Source: Candidatus Poribacteria bacterium
Lineage (GTDB): Bacteria > Poribacteria > WGA-4E > WGA-3G
Length of the DNA: 64,000 bases
NCBI GenBank assembly: GCA_965198235.1
Contig: OZ240248.1
Location: 4,096,001-4,160,000 of the forward strand
Reading direction: 5' to 3'
Part shown: positions 51,570 through 61,568 of the stretch, one piece after another
How positions within the stretch are numbered: position 1 is the stretch's first letter
Layout: the number at the start of each line of letters is the position of its first letter
Position numbers and translations under genes: made by a program
Notes under the pieces: model-generated
Database searches by the model: none
What the model was told of the DNA's origin: nothing
Seen by the model: only the letters and a program-made list of their open reading frames with translations

Positions 51570-51785
51570 GGAGCTCCCTCCTCACGAACAGATTCGGCAG
51601 TGTTGACATCCACTGAAACGTCCAATTCGGTACTGAGTCTCGGACTTTGTGCAATGCAACACAGTTCACACAATTGTGTTATGACAATATTAAAGACACA
51701 ATTTTTACGCAAAACGTTACATCAGGTGAAAAAAAGAATTTATCAGAAGGGAATTTACGATTTTGGGGAGAGAAAATATGTTTTT

Positions 51786-52133
51786 CTATGGTGAGTTGAT
51801 GAAGACATCTAAGGTAGTTTGACTATCAGTTTCAGGATTAAACGTGAACAGTCCTTCATTTTGTGATGCTCTAGGCGTTTGCCCTCCTTTGCGGCGATGA
51901 GAAAATCTATCGAAACGGGCAATGAAATCGTTATATATTTTTTTGTCTGGACCTTTCGGGACTCTGTTCTTCAAACCACGTAGAATTTCCCTGGCCAAAT
52001 GGGCCAAAAGATGGGCAGCGGTTTCAAACTCATCGGACTCTCTCATGCGAACCCAATCCGAGTAGAAATCGGCTATATCGGGATCAATAGTTCTCAGCAA
52101 TGCGCTGTGTCTTTCGTCAAATTTGTTACTCAT
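51786..52133 (-). CDS. Hypothetical protein, possibly truncated
   Basis: SD GGAG and 115-aa ORF; C-terminus looks non-native. Confidence 0.5.
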   Translation of the reverse strand: MSNKFDERHSALLRTIDPDIADFYSDWVRMRESDEFETAAHLLAHLAREILRGLKNRVPKGPDKKIYNDFIARFDRFSHRRKGGQTPRASQNEGLFTFNPETDSQTTLDVFINSP

Positions 52134-52224
52134 ACTTCATCTCCAAGCAAACAATTTTCTTCTGTTAAACAAAAGTAAGACGAGGTAAAGAAAACCTCGC
52201 CTTACGGATAAATCAGGGATAAAC

Positions 52225-52848
52225 TTACTTGCGTTCAGGTTGTGTTTCCATCGCCGGATAGATTTCTATATCCGATCGCGTGATGAGTACACCGACGTAG
52301 AAAGTCAACCAGTCCCCACAAAGTTCAATAGACATGTACTCGTCGTTATCACTGGCGTATTCGTGGAGTTCAACCTCGAACTTCTCTTCCCCTTCGGCAT
52401 TGGTAAGGGTGAGCGTTGCGGGGACAACATCCTGTCGGTTATATTCGACAGCGATGTCTTCTCCCTCACTGTCTGGATTTGGAAAATAGAGGGTCATCGC
52501 ATCCGGCAACGGATCGCCGAGTTCACACTCATCGTCAACAATCCATCGGGAAATCTCGTAGTCGTCCTTAGTTCCAGCGACATGATCGACCCCGATAACG
52601 ACTTCCTCCTCCGCGTCACGGACGTGATACATATAACGACGGAGACTGTCACCTTCATATTTCTTACGTATGACCAGTTTGAAGGCGTGCGAAGTATCGC
52701 CCGTCTCCTCATAAGTGACGAGGTCGGAGAGTTCAATCATGCTATCAAGCGGAATGTCGACTAACTCGTGCCGCTCCGGTTTCTTGGGTTCAGCGTCCTT
52801 TCGTCTACCAAACAGGGATTTGCCATCTTTTCTGCCAAATAGTGCCAT
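52225..52848 (-). CDS. Acidic protein, DUF4178/DUF2491-like
   Basis: LFGRK N-terminus, C-terminal YVGVLITRSDIEI; closely coupled to the upstream gene. Confidence 0.55.
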   Translation of the reverse strand: MALFGRKDGKSLFGRRKDAEPKKPERHELVDIPLDSMIELSDLVTYEETGDTSHAFKLVIRKKYEGDSLRRYMYHVRDAEEEVVIGVDHVAGTKDDYEISRWIVDDECELGDPLPDAMTLYFPNPDSEGEDIAVEYNRQDVVPATLTLTNAEGEEKFEVELHEYASDNDEYMSIELCGDWLTFYVGVLITRSDIEIYPAMETQPERK

Positions 52849-52851
52849 GTT

Positions 52852-53952
52852 TCACCTAAAAATAACCTTGTTATACATCACTAACACAATCACGCCAACA
52901 ACGAGGATACTTCCGAAGATAAGCAGGAACCAAGTCCCCCCCGATGCCCTCTTCTGGACAACAACGGTTCGTGTGGCAGGTGGCGCGCGCGTCGTACTTG
53001 TTGTAGTCGCCGGTGTTGTTACCGTAGGTGTTTCCTCAGCAGCGGCAAGGAGCTCCGACTTCAATGCCTCTTCATCTGGCAGCTCATCAACAGTGAAAGC
53101 CTCTGCACCTTCCCCATAAAACGCATCAGGGTTCTCCTCAACGTAACTTGCGGCATAATCCTCATCGCGGTTCGTGTCCGGATCTACGTAATTCGGGTTT
53201 GACTCAATACCTTGGTTCTCGTAATAGTCTCTGTAGTACTCATACTCCGCCTGTTTTTTAGCATCCCAATGCGAGCGGTCGTAGTCTCGATGGTGGTAAT
53301 GCCACAAGTAACTATGGCGAATCGAATGGTTGTAATAATCATGGAAATAGATGCCGAACATGAGGTTGTTAAACGCCATGGATGCACCCATACCGTACAT
53401 TGAATATCCCATCATGGGATAGTAACCACCGAAGTTATTGACGTTAATCGTTTGGCGTCCGTCTCGGCGAGCGCGTGCAGTTTGACGGTTCGCTGTTCTG
53501 TTCTGACGTTTCAAACTACGGTTTTCTGCTTTGAGTTGTCGAACCTGTTTCCGATTTTGCGCTTTCACCTGCCGTTGCTGGCCGCGCGTTGCATTCCGAG
53601 TCGCAGTCGTGTTTCGATTTGTTGAGGTCGTTGCTTTTGCACGACTCGTCGCAGTCTGTCTTTGGCGTGCTGTGGTGCTGGCACGCGTTCCGGTGCTTCT
53701 TGACGCGCTACTTCTGCTATAAGTGCTGCCCGTGCTACGGGTCGTTCGTGTTGAAGTTCGAGGACTGCTATAGGTACGCCTCGGTGTGGAACTCCGCCGA
53801 CTCGAGCTGCGGCTATAACTCCGGCTGCGACTGAAACTCCGTCCCCCCCGAAAACCACCACCGCGGCGGCTCTCTACGATATCCGGTGCCAAACTAAATA
53901 AAAAGACAACCAAAACCGCAAGGATTGAGAATTTTTGAAATTTACGTTTCAC
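52852..53952 (-). CDS. Exported Arg/Ser/Thr-rich low-complexity protein with C-terminal membrane anchor
   Basis: GTG 53952 with SD AAGGAGG; signal peptide, RRGGGFRGGRSFSRS..., terminal TM helix. Confidence 0.8.
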   Translation of the reverse strand: MKRKFQKFSILAVLVVFLFSLAPDIVESRRGGGFRGGRSFSRSRSYSRSSSRRSSTPRRTYSSPRTSTRTTRSTGSTYSRSSASRSTGTRASTTARQRQTATSRAKATTSTNRNTTATRNATRGQQRQVKAQNRKQVRQLKAENRSLKRQNRTANRQTARARRDGRQTINVNNFGGYYPMMGYSMYGMGASMAFNNLMFGIYFHDYYNHSIRHSYLWHYHHRDYDRSHWDAKKQAEYEYYRDYYENQGIESNPNYVDPDTNRDEDYAASYVEENPDAFYGEGAEAFTVDELPDEEALKSELLAAAEETPTVTTPATTTSTTRAPPATRTVVVQKRASGGTWFLLIFGSILVVGVIVLVMYNKVIFR

Positions 53953-53990
53953 TCTGATTTTCCTCCTTAGATTTTTTTCATTGAAAAAAC

Positions 53991-54019
53991 TTGACAAAAG
54001 ACACTGATTTTGTTAAAAT
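53991..54019 (+). promoter_or_regulatory. Putative tRNA promoter
   Basis: TTGACA-17nt-TAAAAT with TG extension. Confidence 0.7.
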
Positions 54020-54079
54020 TAAAGATATATCTAAATCGGGGCGGTTTCGTTTACTTAACCTCCCTGAGCATAGATTCAT

Positions 54080-54153
<74 letters not shown>

Positions 54154-54216
54154 TTCTTTCTTTTTAATGGACGTGCAAGTCACATTCTCACTGCACGAAA
54201 CCTTATATCCACCATT

Positions 54217-55140
54217 GTGATACCACCCACACGCTAAAGCGTGGGGAGCTTCGGTTTCATAGCAACTGCGTTCTCACCAAAGGTTTGAACGTCTTATTGT
54301 CGCTCCACCTACAGGCTATTATCCTGTATTAGAACAGGTTTATCGTGTATCAAGACACGGGTACCCCAGCCTGCCAAATAACGTTCGCAGCATTTATATC
54401 CCTATCATGAGACGTGCTGCAAGAAGGACAGGTCCAATACCTGTCGGAGGGTTCAAAATCCTCGCAGACGAGCGTCAGAGAGTAATCACCGGCAGAATCG
54501 CGTTTGACGGTGACGGTCTTGATCGTGCCTGTGCATTCGCGGTGTTTCCAAAAGGTAAATGATTTTTTTAGACCCCCGATATAGATACGGTTACCTTCTA
54601 TTTTGAAACCCGCTTGTGTGAACGTCAATGAGTTATACTTGTGCTTCGCTTTGATTTTCGGACGACCGACTTTGCGTCGCGTTTTACCGCGTTTACGGTC
54701 TTCGATATTCTCAAAGAAATGCTGATAGCCGCTATCCATACGGATAGCAACGTCTTGGATAACTTGACTCGGCAGTTGATTCCAATGGGGTTTTGTCCGT
54801 TTCTTGAGTTTGGTGATACGCTTGAGGATACGAGAAAGCGATATGTACCCGCCAAAGCGACGGTAATATCGCCTTTGGAGTTTCAGTAAATGCACATGCA
54901 CCTCATGCAAATCATCTATCAGATTACCAACCTGTATCAAGTTAGATTGGTGAGACATCTCGTATTGAAACGTCTTACACGGTTTTTTGGAACGTCTACG
55001 CATTTTTTCGGATTCTCAATAGAGCCTTTGATAACTTCCAAGGGTAACACCACCACAGGAAAGGTAATGTCAATTATTTTTTACGGGTTATCGCTCGTCT
55101 ACATCCCCCAAGCTAAAGCATCGGGATTCGACGAGGGAAC
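54217..55140 (-). mobile_element. Non-autonomous IS200/IS605-family element (tnpB only)
   Basis: Subterminal GCTTTAGC hairpins at ~54226-54246 and ~55094-55135; right end TCAC; TTAAC just outside the left end. Confidence 0.75.
54350..55003 (-). CDS. tnpB: TnpB with in-frame internal deletion of the RuvC core
   Basis: SQVIQD, GRPKIK, IKTVTVKRD joined directly to DRYWTCPSC...HDRDINAA. Confidence 0.8.
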   Translation of the reverse strand: MRRRSKKPCKTFQYEMSHQSNLIQVGNLIDDLHEVHVHLLKLQRRYYRRFGGYISLSRILKRITKLKKRTKPHWNQLPSQVIQDVAIRMDSGYQHFFENIEDRKRGKTRRKVGRPKIKAKHKYNSLTFTQAGFKIEGNRIYIGGLKKSFTFWKHRECTGTIKTVTVKRDSAGDYSLTLVCEDFEPSDRYWTCPSCSTSHDRDINAANVIWQAGVPVS

Positions 55141-55199
55141 GTTAAAGACTATGCTAACATTAATTAAGAGAGTTGTCAAGAATATTTGAAAGGAACAAC

Positions 55200-56084
55200 A
55201 TGGCACTTGATGTCCGAGATGGACGATTAACGGATCTGGTTGACCCAGAAGCAGCTGTTGAACAAATAGCAACAGGATGCCAATTCACCGAGGGACCGCT
55301 CTGGCACGCTACAGAGCAGTTTCTGCTTTTTAGCGATATTCCTGCAAACACGATGCGGAAATGGGATGCCCACGCTGGAATGACTGTTTTTCGTGAACCC
55401 TCCGGAAAGTCAAACGGTTTGACTTACGATAAAGGCGGACACCTCATCGCCTGTGAACACGCAAACCGACGGGTCTCGAGAACAACAGCAGACGGACAAG
55501 TTATCACAATCGCATCACACTATCAGGGAAAACGCTTGAACAGTCCGAACGATGTCATTGTGAAATCCGATGGAAGCATCTATTTCACCGATCCGCCTTA
55601 CGGGTTAAACGCAGCCTACGGCGTTGAATCAGAGAAGGAACTCGACTTTCAAGGTGTCTATCGCCTCTCCCCAAACGGTGAGACACTGACCCTTCTCGTC
55701 GACGACTTTGATAGACCCAACGGTATCTGCTTTTCACCAGACGAGTCCATCCTCTACATTAACGACACCGAGCGGATGCATGTGCGCGCCTTTGATGTGC
55801 AACCCGACGGCACAATCACAAACGACCGCATCTTCGGTGAAGAGGAAGGGGATAACGGAAAACCGGACGGGATGAAAGTCGATACGCAGGGAAATGTTTA
55901 TTTAACAGGTCCCGACGGTATTTGGGTTTTCGCACCTGACGGAACACATCTCGGAATTATCCTCGTTCCTGAGCGCGCGGCGAACTTGGCATGGGGTGGA
56001 GATGACTGGAAAAGCCTTTTCATCACGGCGAGCACCTCCGTTTATCGCGTAGAATGCAAGACAGTAGGAGTCGCAGTGCCATAA
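55200..56084 (+). CDS. SMP-30/gluconolactonase family protein
   Basis: FTEGPLW, FSDIP, SNGL, LNSPND, FTDPPYG, PNGICFSPD, PDGMKVD. Confidence 0.95.
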   Translation: MALDVRDGRLTDLVDPEAAVEQIATGCQFTEGPLWHATEQFLLFSDIPANTMRKWDAHAGMTVFREPSGKSNGLTYDKGGHLIACEHANRRVSRTTADGQVITIASHYQGKRLNSPNDVIVKSDGSIYFTDPPYGLNAAYGVESEKELDFQGVYRLSPNGETLTLLVDDFDRPNGICFSPDESILYINDTERMHVRAFDVQPDGTITNDRIFGEEEGDNGKPDGMKVDTQGNVYLTGPDGIWVFAPDGTHLGIILVPERAANLAWGGDDWKSLFITASTSVYRVECKTVGVAVP

Positions 56085-56089
56085 CACCC

Positions 56090-56521
56090 ATGAAAATCAA
56101 TATCAAACGCATTGACAAAACGCTGCCGTTGCCGAAATACGAAACCGCCGGCTCCGTCGGCTTCGATCTGATTTGTCGGGAATCAGCAGAGATTGCACCA
56201 CAGTCCATCGTCCTCATCCCCGCGAACGTTATCGTTGAAACACCCCCCGGTTATATGCTGATGGTATGTTTGCGAAGTAGCACACCGCGCAAATTCGGCT
56301 TGATGATGCCACAAGGTGTCGGCAGTGTTGACAACGATTATTGTGGTGAAGAGGACGAACTGAAAATTCAGGTTTACAACTTCACAGACAGCATCGTTAA
56401 CGTTGAAAGAGGCAGTCGCATCGCACAAGCCATTTTCGTGCGTGTAGACACAGCAGAATGGAATGAGGTCGAACAGATGTCTGCCGCCTCCAGAGGCGGA
56501 TTCGGTAGCACAGATCGGTAG
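56090..56521 (+). CDS. dut: dUTPase
   Basis: GSVGFDL, RSS, VDNDYCG, RIAQ, RGGFGST. Confidence 0.9.
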   Translation: MKINIKRIDKTLPLPKYETAGSVGFDLICRESAEIAPQSIVLIPANVIVETPPGYMLMVCLRSSTPRKFGLMMPQGVGSVDNDYCGEEDELKIQVYNFTDSIVNVERGSRIAQAIFVRVDTAEWNEVEQMSAASRGGFGSTDR

Positions 56522-56590
56522 ACATGGAATAGGATATAGTAACGATTTTGAGAGGTTTGGTCTGAAGGAGGAATCCACAAAGAGGCAGCC

Positions 56591-57388
56591 ATGGAACAGT
56601 ATATAGAAGGACTTCGACAGATATTAGACACCGGCGTTGACCGTGAAGGTAGAAACGCCGTAACTCGCGCACTGTTCGGCATGCAAATGCGATACAATCT
56701 CGAAGACGGGTTCCCCGCCGTAACCACCAAAAAACTCGCGTTCCGGTCAGTAAAAGCGGAACTCTTAGGTTTTTTGCGAGGTTACGATCATGTCAAGCAG
56801 TTTCAAAAACTTGGCACACAGATATGGAACGCAAACGCTGAAGCATGGGGACGTGAGGGTTCCCTTGGACGTATATACGGGGTCCAATGGCGACGGTGGA
56901 AAACGGAAGACGGCACGATAGACCAATTAGGGGATGTCATCAAACAGATCCAAACCAATCCGCATAGTCGTAGACATGTTGTTTCAGCATGGAATGCCGC
57001 AGAATTAGATGAGATGGCACTCGAACCGTGCCATGTGTTATACCAATTCTTTGTAGCGGATGGCAAATTGTCGATGCAGACGTATCTGCGGAGTTGCGAT
57101 ATGTTCTTAGGGGTCCCATTCAATATCGCGTCGTATTCACTCCTCCTGCACATGGTGGCTCAGGTAACAGGGTTAACGCCGAGCGAGTTTGTCCTCACCT
57201 TAGGCGACGCGCACATCTATCGCGAACACTTTGAAGCCGTCAAAACCCAATTGAAACGGTGCCCTTACCCGCTTCCACGACTTGAACTGAATCCGAAGAT
57301 CAAGTCGATCGACGCTTTCAAGATGCAACACATTCAATTGATAGACTACCAATATCACGGGACTATTCGCGCGCCTATGATTGTCTGA
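56591..57388 (+). CDS. thyA: Thymidylate synthase
   Basis: FPAVTTKK, YGVQWR, SRR, PCH, RSCDMFLGVPFN, GDAHIY. Confidence 0.97.
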   Translation: MEQYIEGLRQILDTGVDREGRNAVTRALFGMQMRYNLEDGFPAVTTKKLAFRSVKAELLGFLRGYDHVKQFQKLGTQIWNANAEAWGREGSLGRIYGVQWRRWKTEDGTIDQLGDVIKQIQTNPHSRRHVVSAWNAAELDEMALEPCHVLYQFFVADGKLSMQTYLRSCDMFLGVPFNIASYSLLLHMVAQVTGLTPSEFVLTLGDAHIYREHFEAVKTQLKRCPYPLPRLELNPKIKSIDAFKMQHIQLIDYQYHGTIRAPMIV

Positions 57389-57480
57389 AAGCGGAATTAA
57401 AGCAGCAAAAACAAAAAGGCAGATACTTCTCGCAGATACTTCTCATCATAAGTCTGACGAGAACAGTATTTAGGAAGAGA

Positions 57481-57984
57481 ATGACAAAGAAAAAACGAAA
57501 TCAGGGCAATTTCGACAATTTAGAACAGAACGGTAACCCCCCAGGCACAGACGAACTTACGCTGGCAGAGGAAGCGGGATTTCTCATTCAAATCGCTTTT
57601 GAGGAATTTGAAGAGATTATAATCAATTACCCGCATCACGCTGCCTACTGCTTCGCATCGATTACCCGTTTAGTGGATACAACCGAGAATCTGTCGCACT
57701 TCGCACGACGGTTAGGAATGTGGCTCTGGATAGAAGTTCTCGCTTTTCAAATCGAAGAACCTCTCGATCTCACGGAATTCGTCGAACAGTTTGAAATCGA
57801 TCTGGAGACCATCCAAACCGGGATTAACGAACTTGTGAACGCGGAAGATTTTGAGATTGAATGGGAACAGGAAAAGCAAATCAAACTCGTACCTCGTATG
57901 TCAAAAGAGACAGTAATCCATTTTGCTGAACGGGTCTTGAGTGGGATAAGGGCAGGAAAACACGAGGAAGGAGCAGAACCCTAA
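57481..57984 (+). CDS. Acidic hypothetical protein
   Basis: 167-aa ORF filling the thyA-folA gap, ending 2 nt before folA. Confidence 0.75.
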   Translation: MTKKKRNQGNFDNLEQNGNPPGTDELTLAEEAGFLIQIAFEEFEEIIINYPHHAAYCFASITRLVDTTENLSHFARRLGMWLWIEVLAFQIEEPLDLTEFVEQFEIDLETIQTGINELVNAEDFEIEWEQEKQIKLVPRMSKETVIHFAERVLSGIRAGKHEEGAEP

Positions 57985-57986
57985 AA

Positions 57987-58475
57987 ATGGTAGTTTCAAT
58001 GATTGCCGCGATGGATAACAATCGGCTTATCGGTAATGGACCGGATATCCCATGGCAGATGCCAGCCGATCGACGGCATTTCCGTGATATGACAATCGGG
58101 AAGCCCGTCGTTATGGGACGTAAGACCTTTGAAACGCTTAAACGTCCTCTGGGCAAGCGGCGCAACATCGTTCTCACACGAAATAGGACTTACGAGGCAC
58201 CGAAAGGTTGTATCGTCGCACATTCGGTGGAAGAGATTCTCAAACTTTGTGAAGAAACAGAAGAGCTCATGATCTGTGGCGGTGCACCTATCTACGAAGC
58301 CTTTCTACCGCACGCCAACCGACTCTATCTTACGCAGGTCCACGCGACATTCAAAGGCGATGTCTATTTTCCCGCATTTGATATGGACGCGTGGCAAGAA
58401 GTAAAGCGTATTGATGGTGAACCTGATGAGAAAAATCCTTATCCTTACAGTTTTTTGTTTTTAGAAAAAAAATAG
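57987..58475 (+). CDS. folA: Dihydrofolate reductase
   Basis: IPW..PAD..HF, VMGRKT, RRNIVLT, GGAPIY, GDVYFP. Confidence 0.97.
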   Translation: MVVSMIAAMDNNRLIGNGPDIPWQMPADRRHFRDMTIGKPVVMGRKTFETLKRPLGKRRNIVLTRNRTYEAPKGCIVAHSVEEILKLCEETEELMICGGAPIYEAFLPHANRLYLTQVHATFKGDVYFPAFDMDAWQEVKRIDGEPDEKNPYPYSFLFLEKK

Positions 58476-58485
58476 GAGCAGATCC

Positions 58486-59118
58486 GTGCTTAATTTGTGT
58501 ATGCTTTCCGGTTCTTTTGAATACGATTCCGAGGTATCTTTGACGATCTTCAAAACGTTCGTTGAAAAACACTATCCGATCCAAGCGAATTTAGTTGTCT
58601 ACAATTCAGAAGATCACGACCCTTCTTTAGCAGCGTTAGATGATGCAGATGCGCTGTTGGTTTTCACACGCCGTCTCAATACAGACGGAGCATCACTCAG
58701 AGAATTTCAAGCGTATTGTGAACACGGCAAGCCTCTCGTTGGTGTCAGGACAGCCAGCCACGCTTATCAAAACTGGTTGGAATTTGATAAAACCGTGCTC
58801 GGAGGCGACTATCAAGGGCATTACGGCGACGGTCCCCCCACTCACATGGAATTGATTGCGACAGAACATCCTATCCTGAACGGCATTCCAGCGTTTGAGT
58901 GTTATGGAAGCCTTTACAAAAACCCATCACTCCGCGACGATACCTCGCTACTGTTGATGGGACATACCGGTGAACATTCAGAACCTGTCGCATGGACGCG
59001 TCTGCATAATGGCGGACGTATCTGTTATACTTCATTAGGGCACCAGAAAGATTTTGAAGTAGAACCCTTTTTGAGACTCCTCGCGCAAAGCATTTTGTGG
59101 GTATCAGAACGGATATAG
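58486..59118 (+). CDS. ThuA-like (class I GATase-like) protein
   Basis: GKPLVGVRTASHA, HPIL, EPVAWTR, YTSLGH. Confidence 0.85.
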   Translation: MLNLCMLSGSFEYDSEVSLTIFKTFVEKHYPIQANLVVYNSEDHDPSLAALDDADALLVFTRRLNTDGASLREFQAYCEHGKPLVGVRTASHAYQNWLEFDKTVLGGDYQGHYGDGPPTHMELIATEHPILNGIPAFECYGSLYKNPSLRDDTSLLLMGHTGEHSEPVAWTRLHNGGRICYTSLGHQKDFEVEPFLRLLAQSILWVSERI

Positions 59119-59144
59119 GAAAAAATTCAAGGCACTTTGGAGAT

Positions 59145-60404
59145 ATGGAAACACTGACGATTGTGAATGGCGACATCTATACCCCAACGCATTATGGCCA
59201 CGGAAGTATCGTCATTCAAAACGACAAAATTTCAACGATAACATCAGAGGCACTGCAACCATCAGGGGAAACTATCTATGCCTCCGGATGCCTTGTCATT
59301 CCGGGATTGATTGATGGATTGGTGCACGGTGGCGGTGGCTATGATAGCATGACGGGTCACGTTGAAGACGTTGCGACAATCGCGCGAGCACATGCACGCA
59401 GCGGTGTCACCTCGTTGGTGTTAGGAATCTCCTCGGGGAGCATGGCACAAATCAACAGTGCCTTAACTGCTATTGCACACGTCGTTGACGAACCCGTAGC
59501 AGACGGTTCTCGGATTTTAGGGTCGTACGTGGAAGGAAAATTCGGGAGTCTCGCCAAAAACGGCGCGCAGAACGCGAAATACATTACACCGCCGAACTTT
59601 GAAGAATTCCATGCGATGTGGGCGGCTTCCGATGGCACCTTAAAGGTGATCTCCATCGCGCCAGAAAACGATGAAAATCTCCAGTTTATCAAGCATCTCG
59701 CGACCTTTAGAACAGATGCCTATAATAACATCGTTATCGCGATGGGACACACAAACGCGACATATCAACAGGCGATGGATGCGATTGACACAGGCGTGAC
59801 ACGCGCCACCCACACTTACAATGGTATGAGTGGGATGCACCACCGCACACTCGGTGCAGTTGAAGCAGTCCTCTCCCACCCAGACATCCACGCAGAACTC
59901 ATTGTCGATGAACACCATGTCCACCCTTTCTGGGGAAATAACCTCATCCAACGAAAAGGGATTCACGCCGTTGGGTTAATTACAGACTGCACAGAACTCG
60001 CCGGTGTCCCCGCAGAAGACTGGCAAACCTCGGCAACATATATCCCCGAGCTTGATGCCTATCGCCTCAATGAAGATACGATTTCTGGACACAACACAGC
60101 CTTTGAGAGCAATAGTACCGAGAAATATGTCCGTAACGGAGCGGTGTGGTTGGATGTAGGAGAGCCTACCGAACGCCTTGCGGGTGCAACAATTACACTT
60201 ATGGATGGTGTTCGTAACGTTATCAACTGGGGACATTCTCTGGAAGATGCCTTAACAATGGCGACTTTAACACCGGCGCGAAATTTAGGCGTTGCAGATT
60301 CGGTAGGTTCAATCGCAACCGGTAAAACAGCAGATCTCGTTATTGTTGACGAAAATTTGAGCGTTCAAACGGTTATTTTAGGCGGAAAATTACTAAAACA
60401 GTAG
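59145..60404 (+). CDS. nagA: N-acetylglucosamine-6-phosphate deacetylase-like amidohydrolase
   Basis: PGLID..VHG, APE, GHTNA, THTYNGM, ITD, LAG, PARNLG, GKTADLV. Confidence 0.8.
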   Translation: METLTIVNGDIYTPTHYGHGSIVIQNDKISTITSEALQPSGETIYASGCLVIPGLIDGLVHGGGGYDSMTGHVEDVATIARAHARSGVTSLVLGISSGSMAQINSALTAIAHVVDEPVADGSRILGSYVEGKFGSLAKNGAQNAKYITPPNFEEFHAMWAASDGTLKVISIAPENDENLQFIKHLATFRTDAYNNIVIAMGHTNATYQQAMDAIDTGVTRATHTYNGMSGMHHRTLGAVEAVLSHPDIHAELIVDEHHVHPFWGNNLIQRKGIHAVGLITDCTELAGVPAEDWQTSATYIPELDAYRLNEDTISGHNTAFESNSTEKYVRNGAVWLDVGEPTERLAGATITLMDGVRNVINWGHSLEDALTMATLTPARNLGVADSVGSIATGKTADLVIVDENLSVQTVILGGKLLKQ

Positions 60405-60451
60405 AAAATTCGCAGATTTTTAGTCTTTTTTGCTTTTTTTTTGAAAAAAAC

Positions 60452-60480
60452 TTGACATCGCCTAATTTATTGTGTATAAT
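60452..60480 (+). promoter_or_regulatory. Consensus sigma70 promoter of the str operon
   Basis: TTGACA-17nt-TATAAT. Confidence 0.85.
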
Positions 60481-60652
60481 ATTACTCTTGGGAACCCTAA
60501 TCAATCTTTTTTAGAAGCGGGGGGTAATTATCCAGAAACATTCTAACGTCGTACCTAAATTCCACGTTAATTTGTTGAAGTTGCAATGCCCCGCGCGGGG
60601 CTTTTTTTATTTCTGTCACAGACCCGTAGAGACATTACTGTGGAGGTCCGAA

Positions 60653-61024
60653 ATGCCGACAATTAATCAGTTAATCAAAAAACCGCGCAAAAGGTCCCGG
60701 AAAAAAACAAAATCTCCGGTACTGGAGCAGTGTCCCCAGCGGCGCGGTATCTGTCTACAAGTGAAAACAGTAACGCCGAACAAACCGAATTCCGCACTGC
60801 GTAAAGTCGCTCGGGTGAGGTTCACCTCTGGCTACGAAGCTACTTGTTACATTCCGGGGATCGATCACAATTTGCAAGAACACTCAGTCGTTTTAGTCCG
60901 GGGCGGGAAAGTGAAAGACCTCTCTAATGTGCGTTACCACATCGTCCGCGGCAAATTGGATACAGCAGGTGTCGATAACCGTCGCCAAGGTCGTTCAAAG
61001 TACGGCGCACGGAAACCGGGTTAA
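60653..61024 (+). CDS. rpsL: 30S ribosomal protein S12
   Basis: [27 protein letters not shown]; SD GGAGG. Confidence 0.98.
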   Translation: MPTINQLIKKPRKRSRKKTKSPVLEQCPQRRGICLQVKTVTPNKPNSALRKVARVRFTSGYEATCYIPGIDHNLQEHSVVLVRGGKVKDLSNVRYHIVRGKLDTAGVDNRRQGRSKYGARKPG

Positions 61025-61042
61025 ACAACGGAGGAAGAGTAG

Positions 61043-61513
61043 ATGCCGAGACGTGGAAACATCAGCAAACGGGATGTAAGCCCTGACGCGAAATATAACA
61101 GCAAGCTCGTGTCAAAATTCATCAATAGCCTCATGTTGGATGGAAAGAAAAGCACCGCGCAATCGATCCTATATGAGAGTTTTCAGATTATTGAATCCCG
61201 GGCGAACGAAGATGGCTTCGCCGTGTTCCGTCAAGCAATCAACAACGTCAAGCCGGTGTTGGAAATCAGACCTCGACGTGTAGGCAGCCAGACGTATCAA
61301 GTCCCTGTTGATGTAAAAGCAGAACGGAAACAGCGGTTGGCTTTTAGTTGGATTATTCAATCTGCTCGCGCCCGCGGCGAAAGACGGATGGCAGAACGCC
61401 TCGCAGGCGAAATACTTGAAGCGTCACAGAACGACGGCGGCGCGATCCGCAGGAAAATGGATCAGCATCGAATGGCAGAAGCTAACCGAGCTTTCGCACA
61501 TTACCGATGGTAA
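61043..61513 (+). CDS. rpsG: 30S ribosomal protein S7
   Basis: [35 protein letters not shown]. Confidence 0.98.
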   Translation: MPRRGNISKRDVSPDAKYNSKLVSKFINSLMLDGKKSTAQSILYESFQIIESRANEDGFAVFRQAINNVKPVLEIRPRRVGSQTYQVPVDVKAERKQRLAFSWIIQSARARGERRMAERLAGEILEASQNDGGAIRRKMDQHRMAEANRAFAHYRW

Positions 61514-61568
61514 AAATGCCTCACGGTTTATAGCCGAAGCGTTAACACACAAAAGGAGTCGTCCAACC

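Noticed and set aside
60572-60652. Upstream extensions of rpsL, fusA, nagA, dut and 52852-53997 in the ORF track
   Set aside because: Downstream starts have SDs and match family N-termini.
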